Shown here: in pieces, positions 1 through 7,018 of the stretch
Layout of the letters: each line of letters starts with the position of its first letter
Position numbering within the stretch: position 1 is the stretch's first letter
Origin: Myxococcota bacterium
GTDB lineage: Bacteria; Myxococcota; UBA4151
Length of the DNA stretch: 26,974 nucleotides
NCBI GenBank assembly: GCA_036338695.1
Contig: JAYZBQ010000071.1
Coordinates: 1 to 26,974 of the forward strand
Reading direction: 5' to 3'
Made by a program: the position numbers and the translations under genes
The notes under the pieces: model-generated
Seen by the model: only the letters and a program-made list of their open reading frames with translations
Databases searched by the model: none
What the model was told of the DNA's origin: nothing

Positions 1-2
1 AG

Positions 3-830
3 AGCCAGACGGGGCAGCCGGAGCACAAGCCCAAAGGGACCCAAGCCGTCACGCGTTACTTGCACGGCTTGCGCCGGCTCATGCCTCATCAACTCGCACC
101 CTTCATGCTCAAAGACGCCCTGATCTTTACCCGCGATGCGACGCAGTGGACCCAAGCGCTCGTGATCGCTGGGATGATTGCGCTCAGCGGCTGGGGGTTC
201 GCTGCGGCGGCCGATCGCAGCAACCTGACCCAGCTCTCAGAGGTGCTCCCGTATGCGCGCGTCGTGCTGTTCGGGATCGGGGCATGGATCGGCACCTTGC
301 TGACGTCGGCGGCGGCGGCGCGCTTGGTCTTCCCGCTCGTGAGTCTCGAGGGGGAATCGTTTTGGTTGGTGCGCGCCGCACCGATCACGATGCGCCGGTT
401 GCTGCTCGCGAAGCTCGCCACCGCCCTCTTGCCCACGATTTTGCTCGGCTGCTCCATCGCCTGGGTGGTCTGCAGCGCGCTCCAGTTTACGCCGCAGCTG
501 ACCACGATGGCCGTCGCCATGTCGCTGGGCAACGCCATCGTCACCTGCTGCCTAGGCGTCGGGCTTGGCGCAGCCATGCCGGACTTCCGCTTCGTGAACG
601 TCAGCCAGCTCGTCCAAGGACCTGGCGGGATCTTGTTCATCGTGCTGTCGATGACCTACGCCACGATCTTGACCGGGTTCTGCTCGAGCTACGTCTACAT
701 CGAGGCGCGCGGGATCACCACGCTGACACGACAAATCGCGCTGCTCGGGCTGCCGATCCTGATCGGCTTGGTGATGGCTGCCAGCGCCCTCAAGCTGGGG
801 CTGAACCGGCTCAGCGCCCTGCAGCGCTGA
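3..830 (+). CDS. Putative ABC-2-type transporter permease (5'-partial)
   Basis: Frame is open from the window start to TGA at 828-830. About 6 hydrophobic segments. Motifs 'KDALIFTRDATQWTQ' and 'RLVFPLVSLEGESFWLVRAAP...LLAK' are typical of putative ABC exporter permeases. Confidence 0.75.
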   Translation, partial: SQTGQPEHKPKGTQAVTRYLHGLRRLMPHQLAPFMLKDALIFTRDATQWTQALVIAGMIALSGWGFAAAADRSNLTQLSEVLPYARVVLFGIGAWIGTLLTSAAAARLVFPLVSLEGESFWLVRAAPITMRRLLLAKLATALLPTILLGCSIAWVVCSALQFTPQLTTMAVAMSLGNAIVTCCLGVGLGAAMPDFRFVNVSQLVQGPGGILFIVLSMTYATILTGFCSSYVYIEARGITTLTRQIALLGLPILIGLVMAASALKLGLNRLSALQR

Positions 831-861
831 GTCCCTAATCCAAGCCGACCACGACTAGACG

Positions 862-890
862 TTGGCTGGAACCCCAAGTCGGGCTAAGCT
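862..890 (+). promoter_or_regulatory. Candidate sigma70-type promoter of the Cys-rich lipoprotein
   Basis: TTGGCT(862-867)-N17-TAAGCT(885-890), followed by RBS AGGAG (901-905) and ATG at 911. Confidence 0.35.
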
Positions 891-910
891 CCGTGCGCCA
901 AGGAGCTACC

Positions 911-2026
911 ATGACGACTTTCCGTGTGCTTGCGATCGCCAGTTTTGTAACCCTCTTCGGGTGTACGAGTGAGGACGACACGGTCGACCAACAGGCGCAA
1001 TGTCAGGCGAACTGTATCGCCGCCGGACACACGTCAGGCACCTTCGCCAACGAGCTCTGCTCCTGCGAGACGGCGCCGACCCCCGACGCCGGCAACACCA
1101 CCCCGACGCCCGATACGGGCGCAACGCCGGGAACGGATGCTGGCACGGTCTCGCCGCCCACCGACGCAGGCGGAGCGGGACCGCGGGCAGAGGCGGGCAA
1201 CCCGAACACGGGCGACGCGGGCTACAACAACCACGACATCGGCGTGATCGACCCGGACGCCGGCTCGATGGTGCTGACGCGGGAGATGCGCTGCTCGGAG
1301 CTCTGCCAGTGGGGCTTCAACGGCTGGCAGTTTGGGGCCGACGGCGGCCCGGGCCAGCCCATCGAGTGCCCCCAGGATCGTCAGGCGGTCTTCGGCGCCG
1401 AAGAGCTCCAAGCGTGCACCACCGCTTGCACGACACAGACAGCTGCGATGGACGTCCACGTCTTTCGGCTCATGAAGGAGTGCATCGAGACGCGCGACTG
1501 CGGTGACCGCGCCGCCTGCGCACCGGCGACGATCAGTCAGCAGTGGCCAGCGCCGATCTGCGAAGACCTCTGCACCGGCATCATCGACTATCGTACGCCG
1601 GCGTCGCAGTGTCAGCCCCCGCGCTTTGGCGAGGACTGCCCGGCTGGATGTGCGGCGCAGCTGCGGGAGGCGGGCGCGCTGCATGGCCAAGCGGTCCAGC
1701 GCTGCTACTCCAACTTAGTCACCTCCTGCGCCGGTGAGGGCGACCAAACGGCGATCAACGCCTGCCAGTGTCGCCGTCAGGCGAACTGTCACGACCGCGA
1801 TGACCGGCTCGCCCAGCGCCTCGCCTGGCAATACTGCAGCTTGCGTAACGAGCACTGCCGACCGCCCGAAGAGCTCCCCATGAACATGGTCGACTGCATC
1901 GACATGCGCATGATCGAGGTCCTCGGTCATCGGAACCTCCCGGAGCTTCAAGCGTGCTTGCGCGCCTTTGAGGAGGAGCCCAACAACTGCTTCGAGAACC
2001 TCGACGGCTGCCTCACCCCCTTCTAA
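911..2026 (+). CDS. Cys-rich secreted lipoprotein of unknown function
   Basis: AGGAG RBS before ATG911. Signal peptide ends in lipobox-like LFG-C18. Pro/Thr/DAG-rich linker. 29 Cys in total, with CxxxC-containing repeats. Confidence 0.8.
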   Translation: MTTFRVLAIASFVTLFGCTSEDDTVDQQAQCQANCIAAGHTSGTFANELCSCETAPTPDAGNTTPTPDTGATPGTDAGTVSPPTDAGGAGPRAEAGNPNTGDAGYNNHDIGVIDPDAGSMVLTREMRCSELCQWGFNGWQFGADGGPGQPIECPQDRQAVFGAEELQACTTACTTQTAAMDVHVFRLMKECIETRDCGDRAACAPATISQQWPAPICEDLCTGIIDYRTPASQCQPPRFGEDCPAGCAAQLREAGALHGQAVQRCYSNLVTSCAGEGDQTAINACQCRRQANCHDRDDRLAQRLAWQYCSLRNEHCRPPEELPMNMVDCIDMRMIEVLGHRNLPELQACLRAFEEEPNNCFENLDGCLTPF

Positions 2027-2100
2027 CATCCAAGCGACCAGGTGACCGCCAAGGTCGCCGATCCCACGACGTCGAGCCGACCGAGCGCGGGCGAATTCGT

Positions 2101-2129
2101 TTGCATCGCCACGCGCTGTGCTCTAACCG
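2101..2129 (+). promoter_or_regulatory. Candidate promoter of rplC
   Basis: TTGCAT(2101-2106)-N17-TAACCG(2124-2129) in the intergenic region upstream of RBS AGGAGG (2161-2166). Confidence 0.3.
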
Positions 2130-2171
2130 GCGGCTCCACTGTGTTAAACGGTCTACATCAAGGAGGTTTAG

Positions 2172-2816
2172 ATGGCGTTTCATGGAATGATTGGTCGTAA
2201 GCTGGGCATGACCCAGATCTTCGCTGAGGACGGCACCGCCGTCCCGGTCACTGTGCTGGAGTTGGCGCCGAACGCGGTCACCCAAATCCGCACGGACGAG
2301 ACGGATGGCTACACGGCGGTCCAGTTTGCCTACGGCGAGCGCAAAGAGAAAAACCTGACCAAGCCAGAGCTTGGCCACTTCAAGAAGGCGGGCGTTGCGC
2401 CGGCAGCCTTTGTGCGTGAGTTCCGCGTCCCTGCGGGCGAGCTTGAGGGCTATGAGCTCGGCGCCAACGTAACCGTGGACACCCTTGAAGGGGTGGAGCA
2501 CGTCGACGTCGCCGGCACCAGCAAGGGCAGCGGCTTTACCGGTGTGATGAAGCGTCACAACTTCGCCGGCTGCAACACGCAAACGCACGGCACCCACGAG
2601 TACTTCCGTCATGGCGGCTCGATCGGGATGGGCACCTTCCCTGGACGCGTGTTCAAGGGCAAGAAGATGGCGGGTCAGCACGGCAACCGTCGCACCACGG
2701 TGCAGAACCTCAAGGTGGTCCGGATCGACTCCGAGCGGAACCTGCTCCTGGTCAAGGGCGGCGTTCCTGGCCCCCGCAACGGTGTCCTCGAGATTCGCCC
2801 GGCGGTGAAGAAATAG
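2172..2816 (+). CDS. rplC: 50S ribosomal protein L3
   Basis: Canonical L3 motifs GRKLGMTQIF, VPVTVL, DGYTAVQ, SKGSGFTGVMKRHNF, HGGSIG...PGRVFKGKKMAG, LLLVKGGVPG. Strong RBS. Confidence 0.98.
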   Translation: MAFHGMIGRKLGMTQIFAEDGTAVPVTVLELAPNAVTQIRTDETDGYTAVQFAYGERKEKNLTKPELGHFKKAGVAPAAFVREFRVPAGELEGYELGANVTVDTLEGVEHVDVAGTSKGSGFTGVMKRHNFAGCNTQTHGTHEYFRHGGSIGMGTFPGRVFKGKKMAGQHGNRRTTVQNLKVVRIDSERNLLLVKGGVPGPRNGVLEIRPAVKK

Positions 2817-2839
2817 TTCACCCCGCATTCCGAGGTGAA

Positions 2840-2876
2840 GGACGGAGCCGCCGGATGGGCGGCTTCGTTCTTTTTT
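2840..2876 (+). terminator. Rho-independent terminator after rplC
   Basis: 13-bp stem GGACGGAGCCGCC/GGCGGCTTCGTTC (2 G-U pairs), GGATG loop, then a T6 tract (2871-2876). Confidence 0.8.
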
Positions 2877-2890
2877 GTTAGGCAGAGGCC

Positions 2891-3535
2891 ATGGCTTACA
2901 ACCGCAAAGATGGATTTTTCCATAAGGCGCAAAAAGAGGGTTACGCCGCCCGATCGATCTACAAACTCGAAGCGATCGACGAGCGCTTCAAGCTGATCCG
3001 GCGCGGTGATCGAGCCCTGGATCTAGGCTGCGCGCCGGGGTCATGGTTGCAGTACCTCGACAAGCGAGTTGGCGCACAAGGCGAGGTCGTCGGGATCGAC
3101 CTCAAGACCGTCCGCGCCGTGGTCTCGTCGCGTGTGCGCGTCGTCCAAGGGGACCTGCTGAAAACGCCCCTCGAGGTCCTCAGCCCCAACGGGCATCGCT
3201 TTGACGTGATCGTCTCGGACATGGCGCCCAACACCAGCGGAGTGCGCAGCCTCGACCAGGAGCGCTCAGCGCAGCTCACGACGGCCGCCTTTGAGGTCTG
3301 CCCTCGATTGCTCCGGCTTGGTGGCAGCTGGTGCGCTAAGGCGTTTCAAGGCGAGCCCCTCAAGGAGCTCGAGGCGCGCCTTGAGTCGGTTTTTGATCGC
3401 TTCGAGCGGCTCCGACCACCGGCCACCCGAAAGAACAGCTTTGAGATCTTCTTGATCGGGCTCGGCTACCGCGGTCCGCTCTCTGACACCTTGGCGGAGG
3501 AAGAATCCAGCGACTCATGGTCGCCCTTTGACTGA
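2891..3535 (+). CDS. rlmE: 23S rRNA Um2552 2'-O-methyltransferase RlmE (FtsJ/RrmJ)
   Basis: Motifs GYAARSIYKL, DLGCAPGSWLQY, VVGIDL, SDMAPNTSG, K(AFQG), RKNSFEIF supply the K-D-K-E tetrad. Confidence 0.95.
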   Translation: MAYNRKDGFFHKAQKEGYAARSIYKLEAIDERFKLIRRGDRALDLGCAPGSWLQYLDKRVGAQGEVVGIDLKTVRAVVSSRVRVVQGDLLKTPLEVLSPNGHRFDVIVSDMAPNTSGVRSLDQERSAQLTTAAFEVCPRLLRLGGSWCAKAFQGEPLKELEARLESVFDRFERLRPPATRKNSFEIFLIGLGYRGPLSDTLAEEESSDSWSPFD

Positions 3536-3903
3536 TGGAGGCTCTGGGTCACCCGCCAGCGCCCTTGATGCTTGGACCAGCTCTCGGCGATCGAGCGGCT
3601 ACCGCTCGTCCAGATAGGGATGCCGTCTACTCGCTGCCAGGGGCTCGGATACGTCATCGCAACCTGCCTCGCACATTCGAGCACTCGGCGATCGGGCTGC
3701 GTCGCCACCACCACCTGACACTCGGGCGGAACCTTGAGCTCAAGCGCATCGAGCGACAGCGGCGTGCCGGCGTCAAACTCAGTCAACTCTGCCGGGAGCG
3801 CCGGAGCCGCCGGTAAGCCGACGTCGCGTCTCGGCGGGGTCCGATCCACCCGCCCTGAGCAGGCGACCGCTAAGCACAGCACCCAAAGGTTCCAACGAGA
3901 CAA
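3466..3903 (-). CDS. Hypothetical lipoprotein
   Basis: TTG start preceded by a purine-rich RBS. Signal peptide with lipobox-like LAVA-C. Fills the gap between rlmE and the next gene, but overlaps the rlmE 3' end by 70 bp. Confidence 0.5.
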   Translation of the reverse strand: MSRWNLWVLCLAVACSGRVDRTPPRRDVGLPAAPALPAELTEFDAGTPLSLDALELKVPPECQVVVATQPDRRVLECARQVAMTYPSPWQRVDGIPIWTSGSRSIAESWSKHQGRWRVTQSLHQSKGDHESLDSSSAKVSESGPR

Positions 3904-3955
3904 TTGCTCCCCCCTCGTTGCTGTGCTTTAGGCATCAGAGCAGAAGGAGTCTAGT

Positions 3956-4657
3956 ATGGCGATCTGGGCGATCTCGGATCTGCACTTGAGCCTCAGCAGC
4001 GACAAACCGATGGACGTGTTCGGTGACCATTGGATCGGTCATCACGACCAGATGGCGGCGGCTTGGGACGACCTCGTTGCGCCCGACGACTTGGTGCTCG
4101 TACCCGGCGATAACTCGTGGGCGCTTAAGCTGGATGAGGCGGCCGCAGACCTCAACTGGATCCATGAGCGACCGGGTACCAAGATGCTGCTCAAGGGCAA
4201 CCACGACTACTGGTGGACGGGGATCGGTAAGGTGCGCGCCGCCATGCCTCACACGCTGCGCGCCCTGCAGAATGACACGCTCGAGTGGAAGGGCTACCGC
4301 ATCGCTGGCGCCAGACTCTGGAATCAGCCCGGACACCGGAAGTTTACGGACGAGGACGAGAAGATCTACAAGCGAGAGATCGAGCGGCTGCAGCTCAGCC
4401 TGAACCTCGCCACCAAGCAATGCGCCAAGGACGGTAAAGAGCTGATTGTCATGGTCCACTATCCGCCGTTTCGAGATGGCAAGCCGTCGATTTTCACCGA
4501 GTTGATCGAGGCGACCGGCACCTCGACGTGCATTTATGGGCACCTCCACGGCAGAAACAGCCACCGCCGGGCGTTTGAGGGCGAGCACAACGGCGTCAAC
4601 TACCACCTTGTCGCTTGTGACTACTTAAACTTCTCACCGATCAAGCTGCGTGACTAA
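3956..4657 (+). CDS. Calcineurin-like metallophosphoesterase
   Basis: Complete metal-binding motif set DLHL, PGD, KGNHDYWW, HYPP, GHLH. N-terminal KPMDVFG is typical of one conserved subfamily. AAGGAG RBS. Confidence 0.92.
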   Translation: MAIWAISDLHLSLSSDKPMDVFGDHWIGHHDQMAAAWDDLVAPDDLVLVPGDNSWALKLDEAAADLNWIHERPGTKMLLKGNHDYWWTGIGKVRAAMPHTLRALQNDTLEWKGYRIAGARLWNQPGHRKFTDEDEKIYKREIERLQLSLNLATKQCAKDGKELIVMVHYPPFRDGKPSIFTELIEATGTSTCIYGHLHGRNSHRRAFEGEHNGVNYHLVACDYLNFSPIKLRD

Positions 4658-5246
4658 ATCCCCGATCGAATTCGTGCTCGCGGGCTGTCACGCTGGCGAC
4701 CCCTTAGGAGACCTCCCTGCGCTCCCGGGGGCGTGGCGCTGGTATGTGGACCGCTGGACGGCGCCGATGCCGGCTAAACTCAAGCTCAGCGCTCGAGTCG
4801 GTGCGCCGGTCAACGACTGGCCGATCGCCTTTGACGAGCAGGTGGCCTGTGCCCTCGAGCACCCTTGCGTCCTGCTCGTGCGCGGTGACCCGCTCGTCGC
4901 CACCCCGCATCGTCACCTGGTCGATCACCTCAAAGCACAAGGCAAGCGGGTGATGGTACGACGTCGCCTCGGCATCGCCGAGCTCGCCGCTGAATTCGCA
5001 TCGCGCAAGCCGCGGGTCTTGCCTTGCAGCGCTGCGGAACCGATCGAAGACCATCTGGCAAACCTCGACGAGCCGCTGCTCGTCGTGACCGACGCTGACG
5101 ATCAAGACCTGAGCCGCTACCTCAGCCCCACCTGGAGCACGCTGTGGCTAAGCCACCTGGGCTCGGAGCGCGCCTTCGTTGGACGACATCAGCCGATGAG
5201 CGACCTCCTCAGCCTCCTCTTCGTTCGGCGGCGAGCTGAAGGCTAA
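4650..5246 (+). CDS. Hypothetical protein, divergent tetrapyrrole-methylase (class III SAM-MTase) fold, Dph5-like
   Basis: GTG start overlaps the upstream stop by 8 bp. Contains VLLVRGDPLVATPH, YVDRWTAPM and LSHLGS motifs that resemble diphthine synthase. Confidence 0.55.
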   Translation: MTKSPIEFVLAGCHAGDPLGDLPALPGAWRWYVDRWTAPMPAKLKLSARVGAPVNDWPIAFDEQVACALEHPCVLLVRGDPLVATPHRHLVDHLKAQGKRVMVRRRLGIAELAAEFASRKPRVLPCSAAEPIEDHLANLDEPLLVVTDADDQDLSRYLSPTWSTLWLSHLGSERAFVGRHQPMSDLLSLLFVRRRAEG

Positions 5247-5947
5247 GGGCGCGGCTGCTGGCCCTTGAGGAACGACCGGATCGCCTGAGCGATCCCTCCA
5301 GCAAGCAGGTCTTGATGCGCCGTGGTTTTGAGCTTTTTGAGCTCGGCGGCGTTCGATAAAAAGCCGAGCTCCACGAGCACGGCGGCCGCGCCCGAGCGCA
5401 CCAACACGGCGAAGGGCGCCTGACGAACGGATCGATCTGTCCCGCCAACGGCGTCGACCATTCCATTTTGCACCAGCCGCGCAAGGCGCGCCGATTCACC
5501 GATCATGCGACCGGTGTCTGCGTCCTTTAGGATGGTCTCGAGTACACCCGTCGGCGCCTCCTCAGCCTGAATCAGGTCTGCGTTCTCACGCTCGGCGAGC
5601 AGGCGCGCTCGCCGGTCGCTGTGGGTGTTGCTCAGGTAGTAGGTCTCAACCCCCTTGGCGGCAGGGTTGGACGAGGCGTTCACATGGATCGAGACAAAGA
5701 CCGCTGGCTTGAGCCGGTTGGCGATCTCGGCGCGCTGCCTCAGGCTCAAGGTTTGGTCTTCGCGCCGAGTCAGCAAGACCCGAATGGACGGGTCGCGCTT
5801 GAGCCGCCGCGCAACGCGCATCGCCACAGCCAGACAAATGCTTTTTTCCGTTGTCCCGTCGCTCGCTACAGCGCCTGGCTGCTTGCCACCGTGGCCGACG
5901 TCGAGGACGACCAACTGAAGCGCCATCAGAGCGATGTGACTTGACAA
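5243..5947 (-). CDS. N-acetylmuramoyl-L-alanine amidase (Amidase_3, catalytic domain only)
   Basis: Motifs VVLDVGHGG, EK, LTR, SLRQRAEIAN, FVSIHVNA, GVETY, AVLVELGFLSN. Start is uncertain (TTG 5947 or ATG 5926). Confidence 0.92.
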   Translation of the reverse strand: MSSHIALMALQLVVLDVGHGGKQPGAVASDGTTEKSICLAVAMRVARRLKRDPSIRVLLTRREDQTLSLRQRAEIANRLKPAVFVSIHVNASSNPAAKGVETYYLSNTHSDRRARLLAERENADLIQAEEAPTGVLETILKDADTGRMIGESARLARLVQNGMVDAVGGTDRSVRQAPFAVLVRSGAAAVLVELGFLSNAAELKKLKTTAHQDLLAGGIAQAIRSFLKGQQPRP

Positions 5948-5997
5948 ATGACCCCCAAACTGGCGTGTGCAATCACCAAAATACTAGGACCTTGGCG

Positions 5998-6405
5998 ATG
6001 AGTTGTTTGATCTGCGGCGAGCCCAAGCTCGAAGGGCAAGAAGCGGTCTGCCGCGGCTGCGTATCACAATACGGGCGCAAGGCCCAGGCTCGCAAGCGCG
6101 ACCGTGCGCCGCGCAATGAGCACGACACACGCGTGGCGACGGCGATCACCTGCACCGAGTGCGGCGCCGACGACCGGCTCCCGTTTGTGCCACGCCGCAA
6201 AGACAAGGTCCTGTGTCGAAACTGCGCTGCGAGCATCTTGGACATCCACCTGCCGGGCGCCGAGGCGCCGCCAGCCCAAGGGCCGGACCTCTACGAGCAG
6301 TTGGGCGTTGAGAAGAACGTCAAGCGGCGGGTACGAGACCTCAAGATCGACCGGCAAGCTGCGGCGGGGTCTGTCGTCTACAAACGCAAACGCAAGCGCG
6401 ACTAG
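5998..6405 (+). CDS. Double zinc-ribbon protein with CxxC-x17-CxxC domain
   Basis: ATG5998 with AGGA upstream. CLIC...CRGC, then CTECGADDRLPFVPRRKDKVLCRNC (CxxC-x17-CxxC with PFxP). Basic C-terminus. Confidence 0.75.
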   Translation: MSCLICGEPKLEGQEAVCRGCVSQYGRKAQARKRDRAPRNEHDTRVATAITCTECGADDRLPFVPRRKDKVLCRNCAASILDIHLPGAEAPPAQGPDLYEQLGVEKNVKRRVRDLKIDRQAAAGSVVYKRKRKRD

Positions 6406-7001
6406 TCGCTGAGCTCAGCCAATCGAAGACGCGCAGGCTCACATTGATCGTCGAGGGCGAGCGCCTGGCTGTAGCAGCGGCGCGCCTCGCTCAGGTCACC
6501 GAGCGCCTGCATCAGGTCACCGCGATGGTACCAACCCATAATCAACTCAGGCTCGACCTCAACCGCTCGATCCAGACACCGCTTCGCCTGATCCAGATGC
6601 TCGAGGAGATGATAGCCGAGCCCTAAGCCGGCGTGCGCGTAGCCAAGCCCCTCATCCAGTGCCACAGCGCGCTGCAGCGCAGCGAGCGCCTCATCGAGCG
6701 CTTGCTGGTCAGGCTCATCGTCCAGTGTGCCGGCGGCTTGATCGAGCAGCGCCATGCCATGGTTCGCGTGTGCCACCGCCGAGCCCGGCTCCAGCCGACA
6801 GGCCTGCGCAAACGCCTCAATCGCCTCATGAGCGCTCCCCGCGCGCGCCGCAAGAGTCCCGAGCGCAGCAAAGTACAGCGCCTGATCCTCAAACGGTGTG
6901 CGCTTGAGCGCGCTCAGCGCAGCGACGCTCCCCTCACGCTCATCGAGCGCCCGCACCTGCTCCAACAACGCATCGAGTTCGTCACGCATCGGCTGTCTCA
7001 C
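6402..7001 (-). CDS. Tetratricopeptide repeat protein
   Basis: Several TPR-consensus helical pairs (AIEAFAQACRLEP, AHAGLGLGY, WYHRGDLMQALGDLSEARRCYSQALALD). Confidence 0.85.
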   Translation of the reverse strand: MRQPMRDELDALLEQVRALDEREGSVAALSALKRTPFEDQALYFAALGTLAARAGSAHEAIEAFAQACRLEPGSAVAHANHGMALLDQAAGTLDDEPDQQALDEALAALQRAVALDEGLGYAHAGLGLGYHLLEHLDQAKRCLDRAVEVEPELIMGWYHRGDLMQALGDLSEARRCYSQALALDDQCEPARLRLAELSD

Positions 7002-7018
7002 CCTGCCTTTGGTGACGC

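Noticed and set aside
5941..5975. Perfect TTGACA as promoter for the Zn-ribbon gene
   Set aside because: No plausible -10 at 16-18 bp spacing; the nearest candidate TGCAAT is 21 bp away.
5851..5997. Longer start for the Zn-ribbon ORF
   Set aside because: It overlaps the amidase on the opposite strand. ATG5998 has an RBS and begins the CxxC motif.
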